Shown: positions 38,111-47,843 of the stretch, piece by piece
How positions within the stretch are numbered: the stretch's first letter is position 1
How the letters are laid out: the number at the start of each line of letters is the position of its first letter
IMG/VR virus record: IMGVR_UViG_2939319381_000001
Span: 27,309-91,308 of that record
Source of the DNA: a virus
Lineage: Duplodnaviria > Caudoviricetes
DNA length: 64,000 nucleotides
Strand: one strand, 5' to 3'
Position numbers and translations under genes: made by a program
The notes under the pieces: generated by a model
Databases searched by the model: none
The model's input: the letters and a program-made list of their open reading frames with translations, nothing else
What the model was told of the DNA's origin: nothing

Positions 38111-38938
38111 GTGCCCACCGATCTCACGATCCGTACGTACGACCCCACGGGGCACCTCGGCCGACACCATGCCCTGGACCCGCGGAGTCTCGCCTACCGG
38201 CGCCCGTACGACGGGCAACCCCTACGCCCCACCGCGTGGGAACCGCGCATCCCGGTCCTTGACCAGCGCAACCTGATCGCCCAGGGCATCCTCACCTCGG
38301 CCTCGTACGGACTCGAGTCGGACGTCGATGCCCTCGCCTCGTGCACGGGTCAGGCCGCGACGGCACTCCTGTCGATCCTCCTCACCCCCGAACAGGCCAC
38401 CGGCGCCGGGCTCCACACCGGCAGCGCCGTCGCGGCCCAGCATTTCGCGATCGGCTTGTACGCCGACGCCACAGCCGCCGACCGGTGGCTGGAGCACACC
38501 TGGCCCACCCACGACACCGGATCCTCCGGCCTCGGCGTCGCCAAGGCCATGCACGCCCGCGGCCTGATCGACCAGTACGGGCACGCCACCACCGCCGAGG
38601 AACTCTGCACCCTCCTGCAGACCGGTCCGGTTCTCCTCGGCCTGCCCTGGTGCGCAGCTTTCACCGACACCACCGACCGGCACGGGTTCGTTGACGCCGA
38701 CCCCGGCTGGGCCACCTCCCCCCTGGAAGGCGGCCACGAGGTGTGCGTCACCGCCCTCGAGGACGTCGCCCAGGTCGACGGCCAGCTCGACCCTGACCAC
38801 ACCGTCCTCCGCTTCAGGAACTCCTATGGCCCGTCATGGGGGGACCACGGGGACGGGCGGCTCCGCCTGTCTACCTACCTCGCTATCCGGGCGCAAGCAG
38901 ACGTCATCCAACCTCGCCGAGACGGAGTCCTCCTGTGA
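38111..38938 (+). CDS. Papain-like (C1) cysteine peptidase
   Basis: 'LDQ...SCTG', 'GGHEV', 'RNSYGPSWG..G'. Confidence 0.8.
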   Translation: MPTDLTIRTYDPTGHLGRHHALDPRSLAYRRPYDGQPLRPTAWEPRIPVLDQRNLIAQGILTSASYGLESDVDALASCTGQAATALLSILLTPEQATGAGLHTGSAVAAQHFAIGLYADATAADRWLEHTWPTHDTGSSGLGVAKAMHARGLIDQYGHATTAEELCTLLQTGPVLLGLPWCAAFTDTTDRHGFVDADPGWATSPLEGGHEVCVTALEDVAQVDGQLDPDHTVLRFRNSYGPSWGDHGDGRLRLSTYLAIRAQADVIQPRRDGVLL

Positions 38939-40344
38939 CCTCCTTCCACGTCGCGGTCGACCACATCGACCCCGGCGCCGACAACCCCACCCCGACCACC
39001 ACCTACCTCGGCACCGTCGACCAAGCGCACGTCAACCAGGTCCGCGCGATCGCCGCACTCCCCGACTCGGAGCGCTGGGTCAAGGACCACCCACGCCTCG
39101 ACGGGGCGTTCTGCGTACTGCGGGACGACGGCGACCTCGACGTGTACGTCCCGACGGACGCCGCCGACTACCGGGTCTACGAGCCCGACCCGCTGCCCCT
39201 CACCCGGAACAAGGGCGGCGACCTCGCCCCGGAGAACGCACAGTTCGTCCAGACGAAGTCCACCGCCAGCTACACCGAGGCTGACCTGCCGCGCGGCGCG
39301 TCGGGCCCCGCCAACATTTCCGGCGCCATCCGGATGGGCGGACAGTCCATCGGCGGCGCCATGGACACCCCCGGCAACCCGCCCCGTTTCACCTGGCACA
39401 GCACCGAGTCCCCGGCCGGTGGCTCGTACCTGACGTCGATCTCCGCCTACCTCATCCGGGTCGGCGCCGAGTCCCAGGTCGTGTACGACCCGATCACGGA
39501 CGGCCTCGTCCAGCTGGGCCCGCTGACCAAGTCCGGGCGCGCCCTGCGCAACGACGGCGCGCGCCGCACGAACCGCGAGGGCAAGGTCAACATCCAGGTC
39601 GAGGTCCTCGGCCGTGCAGCGAACCCGTGGACGAAGGGCTTCGACCCGGCGAAGAAGCCGAACTTCCGCAAGCTCCTCGCGGCTGGGCGCGCGCACGGCA
39701 TCCCTGACGTCTGGCCAGCCGGTAAGCCCCCGGCCACGTCGGCGGCCGCAGTCAAGGCCGGGCGGAACCGCAACACCTGGCAGTCCAAGGGCGGGCACTT
39801 CGCCCACTCGCAGGTCCCCGGCAACGACCACTGGGACCCGGGTGCCATCGACACCAGCATCGTCCCCGGCAAGCCCCCGGCCAGCGGCGGCAACAACGGC
39901 CCGGGCGCTGGCGGAGGAACGTCGACCGGCACGTACATCGTACGCAAGGACGACAACCTCTCCAAGATCGCCGACGCGCACGACACCACGGTGGCCGCCC
40001 TGGTGAAGCTGAACGGGATCAAGGACCCGAACAAGCTCGCCATCGGCCAGACGCTGAAGGTCACGGGCGCCCCCGCCCCGAAGCCGGCCGCCCCTCAGTA
40101 CGAGCCGTTCCCCGGCGCCGCGTACTTCCACGGCGGCCGCCACAGCCCGATGATCACCGCAATGGGGCGCCGCCTCGTCGCTGAGGGCTGCGGCAAGTAC
40201 AAGTCGGGCCCGGGACCGAACTGGACCAACGCCGATCGGCAGTCCTACGCAGCCTGGCAGCGCGAGCTCGGCTACACAGGCGCCGACGCCAACGGCATCC
40301 CCGGCAAGACGTCCTGGGACAAGCTCCGCGTCCCCAAGTCCTGA
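38935..40344 (+). CDS. Endolysin (amidase-2-like + LysM + peptidoglycan-binding domain)
   Basis: 'WHSTE...QVE...HSQVPGNDHWDPG'; LysM 'YIVRKDDNLSKIA'; 'ADANGIPGKTSW'. Confidence 0.9.
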   Translation: MTSFHVAVDHIDPGADNPTPTTTYLGTVDQAHVNQVRAIAALPDSERWVKDHPRLDGAFCVLRDDGDLDVYVPTDAADYRVYEPDPLPLTRNKGGDLAPENAQFVQTKSTASYTEADLPRGASGPANISGAIRMGGQSIGGAMDTPGNPPRFTWHSTESPAGGSYLTSISAYLIRVGAESQVVYDPITDGLVQLGPLTKSGRALRNDGARRTNREGKVNIQVEVLGRAANPWTKGFDPAKKPNFRKLLAAGRAHGIPDVWPAGKPPATSAAAVKAGRNRNTWQSKGGHFAHSQVPGNDHWDPGAIDTSIVPGKPPASGGNNGPGAGGGTSTGTYIVRKDDNLSKIADAHDTTVAALVKLNGIKDPNKLAIGQTLKVTGAPAPKPAAPQYEPFPGAAYFHGGRHSPMITAMGRRLVAEGCGKYKSGPGPNWTNADRQSYAAWQRELGYTGADANGIPGKTSWDKLRVPKS

Positions 40345-40368
40345 CCACCCAACCCCGAAGGAAGCATC

Positions 40369-40689
40369 ATGCAGCCCACCCTCGACACTGCGTACTGGCT
40401 CGGCCTCGCCATCGGCGTCGTCCTCCCGGTCCTCGTCGGCCTCGTCACCACCCGCGTCACCCGCTCCGGCACCAAGGCCGTCCTCCTCCTCGCCCTGACC
40501 GCCCTGAACGGGTTCCTCGTCGAGCTCGCCAACCCCGGCGACGGCTACCAGGTCGGCTCCGCCGTCGTGCTGTGGGCCGTCAGCTTCGGCACCGGCGTCC
40601 TCGCTCACTTCGGCCTGTGGAAGCCCACCGGTGTCTCCGCCCGGGCGCAGGATGTCGGGGCCAAGCACGGCACGGCGGTCGGCGCCTGA
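40369..40689 (+). CDS. Holin
   Basis: 106 aa with three TM segments, after the endolysin; 'LWKPTG'. Confidence 0.75.
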   Translation: MQPTLDTAYWLGLAIGVVLPVLVGLVTTRVTRSGTKAVLLLALTALNGFLVELANPGDGYQVGSAVVLWAVSFGTGVLAHFGLWKPTGVSARAQDVGAKHGTAVGA

Positions 40690-41156
40690 TGCGCGCGGCG
40701 GCCCTGATGCAGACTCCGCACCGCGTACTCCGGAGTCTGCGCAAGCGTGTGGGCCGCCGCGGCGTCTTCCTGCTCATCCTCGGCATCGGCAAGACGTGCT
40801 GGGGGATCAGCTTCATCGTCGACCCCCCGGCCGCCGATGGTCTGCAACTGCTGACGTCCCTGTGTTCGCTGCGGCACTGGGCTTGGCTGTGGATCGTCGT
40901 AGGGCTGGTCACCGCCGGGTCTGCGTTCCTGCGAATCGGCCGCGACTGGGCCGGATTCGTCGCGGCGCTCATTCCCCCCACGGTGTGGGCTATCGCCTAC
41001 CTCGCCGCTGCCGTCAGCGGCGAGTACTCACGGGGCGCCTTCGTGGCGCTCTGGTACCTCACCTCGCACGTCGGGGTCATCATGTGGGCGGCCACGGTTC
41101 CCGAGCATTCGGTCCCCCCAGTGCCCCGCCGCCCTGGGAAAGGCAACGCAGCATGA
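40689..41156 (+). CDS. Membrane protein (lysis cassette)
   Basis: Four hydrophobic segments; coupled ORF. Confidence 0.7.
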   Translation: MRAAALMQTPHRVLRSLRKRVGRRGVFLLILGIGKTCWGISFIVDPPAADGLQLLTSLCSLRHWAWLWIVVGLVTAGSAFLRIGRDWAGFVAALIPPTVWAIAYLAAAVSGEYSRGAFVALWYLTSHVGVIMWAATVPEHSVPPVPRRPGKGNAA

Positions 41157-41533
41157 GTGTCTGGTCTGGATTGGTCGCCGCGTTCGGCGCGGTTGGCATG
41201 GTGGTGGCGGGCCTGTTCACGGCCCGCGCGACGACGCGGGCCGCGCAGGCTACTGCCGCTGCGAATCAGGCGGCTGCGGCCGCACAGGCAGCCCCCGCTC
41301 TACGTACGGCAGACCTGGCTGTTCTGCAGGCGACCGTCGAGCGGGTGGACAAGGAGAACGGGCTGCTGCGTACGGAGAACGAGCAGATCAGGGCCAAGCA
41401 GTCTCGTATGGAGCGGTTCCTGCAGGCGTTCTCGTGGTCGATGGATGACCTCTACCGGTGGGCCCGGAGCCCGATCGGCCCACCTCCGGACCCGCACCCG
41501 CTGGTCGATGAGTACAACCGAACTGGAGTTTGA
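41153..41533 (+). CDS. Membrane-anchored coiled-coil protein (lysis cassette)
   Basis: N-terminal TM followed by a coiled coil. Confidence 0.7.
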   Translation: MSVWSGLVAAFGAVGMVVAGLFTARATTRAAQATAAANQAAAAAQAAPALRTADLAVLQATVERVDKENGLLRTENEQIRAKQSRMERFLQAFSWSMDDLYRWARSPIGPPPDPHPLVDEYNRTGV

Positions 41534-41535
41534 CG

Positions 41536-43887
41536 ATGGTCACCGTCAAGGGCACGCAGATCGGCGGCACTCCGCAGCGCACCGAGGTGACCATCACCCT
41601 GGTTGACGTGACCGGTGCCCTCGCTGTCGGCTACGTAGGCGGCGACGAGGCGCAGATCGTACGGCCCGTCACCGTGAAGCCCGACGAGAACGGTGACTGG
41701 GAAGCCGCCCTGGTCCCGAACGCGGAGATCGAGGCGGACGCCGGGGACACGGTGTGGCAGGTCCAGGAGGGGCGGGCCCTCGACGGCACCCCGGTACGCA
41801 CGTACATCCTCGTCCCGGACACGGTCGGCCCGCACTGGATCGGTGACCTGCGCGTCGACCTCGGGGACGCGCCCACCGGCGGCAGCACCATCGTGTACGT
41901 ACCGGGCCCGGCCGGCGATGACGGTACGGACGGTGTGGACGGCCTGTCGGCGTACGAGGTGTGGCGGTCGGTGGAGGGCAACGACGGCACTGTGGACGAC
42001 TACCTGGCGTCCCTCGTCGGCCCATCCGGCGCGGCGGAAGCCCAGGAGTACACCGACACCGCAGTCGCGGCCGAAGCGGAGCGCGCCGACGACGCGTACG
42101 ACCCGGCCGGGGCCGCCGAGACAGCCCGGGTGGCAGCAGTCGATGCCGCAGCGGCCGACGCCGCGTCGAAAGCGACTGCGGCCCGCACCGCGGCGATCGC
42201 GGCCGCCGCCGACGACGCCACTGCCAAGGCCTCCGCAGCCCAGTCCGCCGCTATCAGCACGGCGGCCGCCGACGCCACGGCGAAGGCGGACGCGGCCCGT
42301 ACGGCGGCGGTGAGCACTGCCTCGGCAGACGCCACCAGCAAGGCCGCAGCCGCACAGGCTGCCGCCATCGCCGCAGCGAGCAGCGACGCCACCACGAAGG
42401 CCAACGCCGCGCGGGACACCGCGACCGCGTCCGCGGCGGCCGACGCGACGACGAAGGCTGGAAGCGCGCAGACCGCCGCCGTGTCTGCTGCGGCATCGGC
42501 GGCCGCCGGCTTGTACCTCCCCAAGGCCGTCCTCACCGTCGATCAGCTCATGGCTCAGCCCGGCACAAAAATCTTTGGGCACCGCGGGGCCGGGATGGTG
42601 TGCCCAGAGCACACGGAAGCCGCCTACGACTATGCAGTTGCCCACGACATCCAGTTCGTGGAGATGAGCTGCAACGTCGACTCGGAGCAGCAATTGTGGT
42701 GCCACCATGACCTGACGCTGGACCGGACGACACACGCCACCGGGGCGCTCAACACCTATCCGTCGACCGGGATCACCAACCGGGTCCTGACGAACGGGAA
42801 GCCGTTGCTGGGTCCGGGATGGACGGACCAGCCGATGGTGCCGCTGCGGAAGATGCTGGACAAGTACCTCGGGCGCGGCGTGGTCATCTTCTTGGAGCCC
42901 AAGGGGAATGATGCCGTCGTCCCGCTCCAGAACCTGCTGGCCACCTCGTACCCACATGCCAATCAGTCGGTGATCTGGAAGGCGCACGTCGGTACGAGCT
43001 TCACCTGGCCCAAGACCAACGGGTTCCGGACCTGGTGCTACGTCGATGACGCCTCCTCCGACGCAGTGCTCGACGGCAAGGACGCCCAGGTGGACTACTG
43101 GGGGGTGTCCACCACGATGTCGTCCGCCCGGCGGCAGCAGATCGTCCAGAGGCCCGGAGGCAAGCCGGTCTTCGCGTGGCCCGTGTACAGGAGGTCGCAG
43201 CGCACCGCCCTGGAGGCCGACGGAGTGGTGGGCATGATGTCGTCCGACCCGGTGTACGTACGCGGCACCACACCCTCGGCCACCGTGTCCCGGTGGGATC
43301 AGCAGGTCAAGGAGTCCGGCGGCACCCCGTGGACGGACTACAACGAGGCCGACGCGCTGAAGTTCCATGACGGCGGCTGGGTGTCGATCAACAAGGCGAA
43401 GGGCACGTACGGGCTCGGCCGGTACACGATCAGCCCGTCCCTGACCTCGTACCGCATCCAGATCGAGATGAAGTACGACCAGCTCAACACAGCCGACCTC
43501 GCCGTCCATGGAGGCCTGTACTTCGGCAAGGCATCGGACGACAAGTACGAGTTCAGCACCATCAACGCGAGCAACGGCTACCACCTGATCCTCCGCCACA
43601 ACGGGGTCCTGCGCCTGTACCGGCACGTGACCACCCAGACAGGCGGCATCCTGCTCGGTGCGGGCGACATCGGCACCGACGCCGCGGTGGCCGGCCAGTC
43701 CATGACGATCCAGATCGACGTGACACCGACGACGATCGAAGCGCGCCGACTCGGCAACGCACTGTGGACGACGGGCCCGATCGCGGACGCCTCGTACCGC
43801 GGCGGGAACTTCGGGCTGAGCAACGGGTCAATCCTGGATGCGGCGGCCCGCCCGTTCTTCCGGAACCTGGCGATCACGCCGCTGTAG
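41536..43887 (+). CDS. Virion-associated glycerophosphodiester phosphodiesterase (GDPD) protein
   Basis: Fibre-like N-terminus, 'AAADATxKA' repeats, GDPD 'GHRGAG...PEHT..AY...HHDLTLDRTT', C-terminal beta-sandwich. Confidence 0.85.
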   Translation: MVTVKGTQIGGTPQRTEVTITLVDVTGALAVGYVGGDEAQIVRPVTVKPDENGDWEAALVPNAEIEADAGDTVWQVQEGRALDGTPVRTYILVPDTVGPHWIGDLRVDLGDAPTGGSTIVYVPGPAGDDGTDGVDGLSAYEVWRSVEGNDGTVDDYLASLVGPSGAAEAQEYTDTAVAAEAERADDAYDPAGAAETARVAAVDAAAADAASKATAARTAAIAAAADDATAKASAAQSAAISTAAADATAKADAARTAAVSTASADATSKAAAAQAAAIAAASSDATTKANAARDTATASAAADATTKAGSAQTAAVSAAASAAAGLYLPKAVLTVDQLMAQPGTKIFGHRGAGMVCPEHTEAAYDYAVAHDIQFVEMSCNVDSEQQLWCHHDLTLDRTTHATGALNTYPSTGITNRVLTNGKPLLGPGWTDQPMVPLRKMLDKYLGRGVVIFLEPKGNDAVVPLQNLLATSYPHANQSVIWKAHVGTSFTWPKTNGFRTWCYVDDASSDAVLDGKDAQVDYWGVSTTMSSARRQQIVQRPGGKPVFAWPVYRRSQRTALEADGVVGMMSSDPVYVRGTTPSATVSRWDQQVKESGGTPWTDYNEADALKFHDGGWVSINKAKGTYGLGRYTISPSLTSYRIQIEMKYDQLNTADLAVHGGLYFGKASDDKYEFSTINASNGYHLILRHNGVLRLYRHVTTQTGGILLGAGDIGTDAAVAGQSMTIQIDVTPTTIEARRLGNALWTTGPIADASYRGGNFGLSNGSILDAAARPFFRNLAITPL

Positions 43888-43909
43888 GAGAGGGGCGGTC
43901 CCGGTCTCT

Positions 43910-43963
43910 GGACCTGCGCTCTTGTCCTATACTTTTGCGACTCTAATAACGTGATCATGCTCA
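43910..43963 (+). repeat. Left arm of 54-bp inverted repeat (candidate recombination site)
   Basis: Reverse complement matches 56607-56660 with 3 mismatches. Confidence 0.9.
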
Positions 43964-44006
43964 GCTCTCTGGCTACGCCGCGCCCCCCAAGTCGGTCAAC
44001 CTCGCG

Positions 44007-44324
44007 TCACCGCTCCATCTTCCAGCCGACGGGGCAAGCTGCGTGAACCAGATCGACCACCCAGTCCGGGGCCCAGTGGGCGTCAAGACGGAACTCGACG
44101 TCTTCGAGGCGGTCGGTGAGGTCTCCGCCCGGGTTCCGCCACTTCCCGAAGACTCTCGCCTTCCCTGTGCAGAGCCCGGTGTGGGCCTGCCAGTTCAGCT
44201 TGATTCGGATGTGGGAGGGGGCAAGGTGGCCGCCGCCGTACGGCATGGGTACTTCGGGGGCGCCGTCGGGGAGGCTGTAGACCACGGTCCGGAACTCGGA
44301 CTCTTGCTCAGCTCGCACAGTCAT
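44007..44324 (-). CDS. Hypothetical protein
   Basis: GAGG RBS; plausible protein sequence. Confidence 0.55.
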   Translation of the reverse strand: MTVRAEQESEFRTVVYSLPDGAPEVPMPYGGGHLAPSHIRIKLNWQAHTGLCTGKARVFGKWRNPGGDLTDRLEDVEFRLDAHWAPDWVVDLVHAACPVGWKMER

Positions 44325-44739
44325 GGTGCCCCCTCAGGTTCCGCGGTGCGGCTGAGTCTCAGCTGCACCAGCGCGAACGCTACACAGCGAATCCGGGGGA
44401 GCGAAGCTCTTGCCCGGGCGCACCCTTGAACCATGAGCACCGACCTGACTCCCCGCGAGGTTGAGGCGCCCAGCCCCGACACGGACACCGCCCACCCCGG
44501 CGAACCACCCGACCCCGCACCGCCGGATCGCCCGCACGAACTGGGCGCCCGGCCGGCCCCGCTGTCCCGGCTGCTGTACCCGTGACGCGGATGCTGGGCT
44601 CCTGGTCGTCGCCGTGGTGCCCGTACTGCCGTGGCCCGGCGGGGGTGGACTGCCCGGACCGGTCGTGGTCGAAGAAGCAGCAGCGGGCACGGGAGAAGCG
44701 GGCCTGGCGGCAGGAGGTTCGCGCGACGCCGCCGAGCGC

Positions 44740-44910
44740 CTAGGACTTCTCGCGCTTCTTCTTCCTGACCCAGTCGTGAACCGCCTCCACCAGGGCGTCT
44801 GATGTCTTCCGTCCCTCCGATGCCGCCAGTTCCTCCAGCTCGGCCCACAGCGCGGGTGGCGGGCGGAAGCTCTTGACGGGTGTCTGTCCTGTGGCTGGCC
44901 TGCCTGCCAT
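44740..44910 (-). CDS. Ribbon-helix-helix (CopG/Arc-like) regulator
   Basis: 'GRPATGQTPVKSFR...LWAELEELAASEGRKTSDALVEAV'; GGAGGAG RBS. Confidence 0.8.
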   Translation of the reverse strand: MAGRPATGQTPVKSFRPPPALWAELEELAASEGRKTSDALVEAVHDWVRKKKREKS

Positions 44911-44928
44911 GACTCCTCCTCGGGTTCC

Positions 44929-45007
44929 TGTCTTACAGAAATTAGCATCCACCTGCCCTGACGGCTTGACAAGGGGTACGGATGGGCGCATTCTTGTAAT
45001 ACAGAAA
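44929..45007. promoter_or_regulatory. Divergent promoter with TGTnnTACAGAAA repeats
   Basis: Repeats at 44929 and 44995 flank TTGACA(44966)-N17-CATTCT. Confidence 0.55.
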
Positions 45008-45032
45008 CAAGCGGCGAGCAGGGGAGACGGAA

Positions 45033-45296
45033 ATGAACGCCACGATTCGCGAGCAGGCAGAAGTCAAGGTTCAGAGCATGGCCGCCAAGCTCAACGACGA
45101 CGCCCTGTGCCTCGCCTGGATGGCCACCGAGGGCAAGCCCGGCACCCAGGAACTCGCCCTTGTGCGCGGCTGGATCATGACCGAGCTCAACAACCGCCTC
45201 GGCGACGACCTGTTCGACGAGTGGCTGATGGACGTCGACGACAACGGCGACGGCGTCAACCCGCTCGCCTACTTCGCGGTTCAGGCTTCCGCCTGA
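45033..45296 (+). CDS. Small acidic hypothetical protein
   Basis: RBS; followed by hairpin 45305-45326. Confidence 0.7.
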   Translation: MNATIREQAEVKVQSMAAKLNDDALCLAWMATEGKPGTQELALVRGWIMTELNNRLGDDLFDEWLMDVDDNGDGVNPLAYFAVQASA

Positions 45297-45367
45297 TCTA
45301 CCCCAGCCCCGCCACACGGCGGGGCTTCGCTCTGCCCGCAGGCCGAAGACCGAGATGGAGAACGTAC

Positions 45368-45958
45368 GTGCAAGAGGCTCTGACACCCGAACTGAACAAT
45401 AGGTGCGGCAACCCAGAGTGCAGGACCGACCTGAGCGCTATCGATTGGTCTCAACGGACCCGAGACTACTGCTCGATCAAGTGCCGGAGCCGGGCCAGTC
45501 GACTTCGAGTCATCGCCCGCAACGAGGGCCTGGCCAGCAAGGTGTGCTCCGTCTGTGGCGTCGACAAGCCCATGGATGCGTACTACCACATATGGCTACC
45601 TCATTGCCGTGACTGTTCCCGCGCGAAGTCGCGCGAGCGCTACCGAGTCAACGGAGGCAAGGAAGCCGTCTACGCCCAGAACTTGCTGAACAACTACGGC
45701 ATGACCGTGGCGGAGTACGAGACGCGCGTGAGCCAACAGGGTGGGCGGTGCGCCATCTGTGGGACCACCCCAGACCACCGGTTGCACGTTGACCACAATC
45801 ACCGGAGCGGTGCCGTGCGGGACTTGCTCTGCCGTCCGTGCAACTACGCACTCGGCAACGCGCAGGACAGCCTGCGGGTAGTACGCGCTATGGTCGCCTA
45901 CCTTGAGCGCCACGCAGACGCAGATTCCATGAGTACCAGCGAGGCAGGCTTCGCTTAG
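45368..45958 (+). CDS. Endonuclease VII-family (HNH-like) nuclease with N-terminal Zn ribbons
   Basis: 'YGMT..EY....QGGRCAIC...LHVDHNH..G.VR.LLC..CN..LG'. Confidence 0.85.
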   Translation: MQEALTPELNNRCGNPECRTDLSAIDWSQRTRDYCSIKCRSRASRLRVIARNEGLASKVCSVCGVDKPMDAYYHIWLPHCRDCSRAKSRERYRVNGGKEAVYAQNLLNNYGMTVAEYETRVSQQGGRCAICGTTPDHRLHVDHNHRSGAVRDLLCRPCNYALGNAQDSLRVVRAMVAYLERHADADSMSTSEAGFA

Positions 45959-46057
45959 GATCGCGCTCACAGCAGATTCGCACTGTTCGACTGATGCCCC
46001 CTCCGGATGGTCGCGGCGGGGGCATCTGCGCGCTTCACTCCAGATAATGTTCCTTCT

Positions 46058-46450
46058 ATGGAGCCACAGATCAGAGCAGGGGAACACGTCGTCAACGAGG
46101 CTACGATGCTGGCGTTCTGGCGAGCCCGCCTCGACGAAGACGAGCGGGCAGCGCGCCGAGCTGGCGACACCTTCAGGCAAATCGGGGAAACCGGCGTCAT
46201 CGTTGCCACGGAAGGCGACCGCGCAGAAGAGTGCGCCTCCGCCAACTGGGCCGGTATCGCCGAGCACATCGTTCGTCATGACCCCGCGCGTGTGCTCCAC
46301 GGCGTGGAGGCAGCCCGCAAGCGTCTCACCACACTGTCCGACGCCATCGAGGCAGGACACGACTCCTACGACCTCGCATCCACCTTGCTGCCGTACGAGC
46401 TTCTGCCCTACACCGACCACCCGGACTACAACGAGAGCTGGCGTCCATGA
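46058..46450 (+). CDS. Hypothetical protein (DUF6221-like)
   Basis: 'RARLDEDE...HIVRHDPARVL...PYTDHPDY..SW'. Confidence 0.7.
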   Translation: MEPQIRAGEHVVNEATMLAFWRARLDEDERAARRAGDTFRQIGETGVIVATEGDRAEECASANWAGIAEHIVRHDPARVLHGVEAARKRLTTLSDAIEAGHDSYDLASTLLPYELLPYTDHPDYNESWRP

Positions 46451-46698
46451 GCCCGGATGACGAGGCGACCGCGCACCTCCTGGTGACGGCTGCCTTCCAT
46501 GACGCAGCGGCCAGCGCCGACGAGCGGGGCGACTCCAGCATCGGAGACTTCTCCAGGGCTGTTCTCCGGCAGTTCGAGGAGCGCAGACATCTCGAAGGGG
46601 CGCTGTACACGGTCGTCATGAGGTACGCCCAGGAGCACGCCTCCCCGGACGAGGTGGCTGCTCTGCAACGCTGGATGGCTGAGGTGACCGGGCCGTGA
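46447..46698 (+). CDS. Hypothetical protein
   Basis: Coupled on both sides. Confidence 0.55.
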   Translation: MSPDDEATAHLLVTAAFHDAAASADERGDSSIGDFSRAVLRQFEERRHLEGALYTVVMRYAQEHASPDEVAALQRWMAEVTGP

Positions 46699-47843
46699 GC
46701 GAAGACGACGACGTAGTGGACGGGGAGTTGGTCGAGGGCGGCCTGCTCCCCGCCATCCCGGAGGACCGAGCCCCGGCCGTGCCATTGGCCGAGGAGGACC
46801 CCGACGCGTGGCTGCCGCCCGAGGCGGAGGCGGACGTTCGGGCGGGTATCCCGAAGGACACCACCCGGGCGTACAAGGGCGACATGGACCAGTTCGCCGA
46901 GTGGTGCGACAAGGTCGGCCGACGCGTTCTGCCAGCCGCTCCGCAGACCGTGACCGCGTACCTGTCGTACCTGAAGCGCACCCCTCGGGAGCGGACTGGG
47001 CGGCCGTACGGTCCGGCGTCGATGGACCGGATCATTGCGTCGATCCGCTCCTCCCACCGGGGTGCCGGGTTCGAGCCGCCGGACACCATGGGGGCCCGTA
47101 AGGTCGTTGCCGGGTACCAGCGGGAGCTGTCCGAGGCCCAGGACCCGGCGGCGACCCCGCGCAAGGCGTCGGCCGCCGACCGCGCCGTCCTCGCCGAAGC
47201 CCTCTCGCACCTCGACCGGACCACCCTCGTCGGGAAACGCGACGCCGCCCTCATGCTCCTCGGGCACGCCATCGCCTCCCGAGGCAGCGAACTCGCCCCG
47301 CTGAACTGGCCAGGCAGCTTCACCGACCTGCCCGGCGGCGGGTTCACCGTGCGGGTGTACCGGAAGAAGCGGAAGAAGTGGCAGAACGTCGAAGTGCAAC
47401 CCGACCCTGACCCGGTTCTGTGTACCGTCACCGCTGTACGGGACCTGGTGGACGCCCTCGCTCACGAGGGGCACACCACTGGGCCTCTGTTCATGCGGAT
47501 CGACCAGTGGGGATACATGGGTGCCGAGATGACCCGCAAAGGTGAGCCGATCGGGGACCCGGACGGCCGGATGAGCATCAACGGGGCCTCCGACGTCGTC
47601 AGCCGATCCATCCACCGCACCGGCCTGCCAGGGAAGTGGACGTCGCACTCGCTGCGCCGGGGCCTGGTCAAGAGCGCCCGGGACGCTGGGGTGGACATCG
47701 TCGACATCGGCCGGCATGGCGGGTGGGACGACCGGTCGAAGGCCCTGATCGGGTACATCGACGAGGAGGACAGCACTGGGGACCGCAACCCGCTGTCCCA
47801 GATCGCGAAGAAGGCCGCCGCTCGGAGCGAGGAGCCCACGTGA
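46695..47843 (+). CDS. Tyrosine recombinase (Cre-like)
   Basis: 'TRAY..D...F.EWC', 'RDAALMLLG...RGSEL', 'HSLRRG', 'GGW', 'GY'. Confidence 0.9.
   Translation: MSEDDDVVDGELVEGGLLPAIPEDRAPAVPLAEEDPDAWLPPEAEADVRAGIPKDTTRAYKGDMDQFAEWCDKVGRRVLPAAPQTVTAYLSYLKRTPRERTGRPYGPASMDRIIASIRSSHRGAGFEPPDTMGARKVVAGYQRELSEAQDPAATPRKASAADRAVLAEALSHLDRTTLVGKRDAALMLLGHAIASRGSELAPLNWPGSFTDLPGGGFTVRVYRKKRKKWQNVEVQPDPDPVLCTVTAVRDLVDALAHEGHTTGPLFMRIDQWGYMGAEMTRKGEPIGDPDGRMSINGASDVVSRSIHRTGLPGKWTSHSLRRGLVKSARDAGVDIVDIGRHGGWDDRSKALIGYIDEEDSTGDRNPLSQIAKKAAARSEEPT

Noticed and set aside
43910-43963. Protelomerase (hairpin telomere) site or attP core
   Set aside because: The site is not self-palindromic, no protelomerase is recognisable, and the two copies are inverted rather than direct
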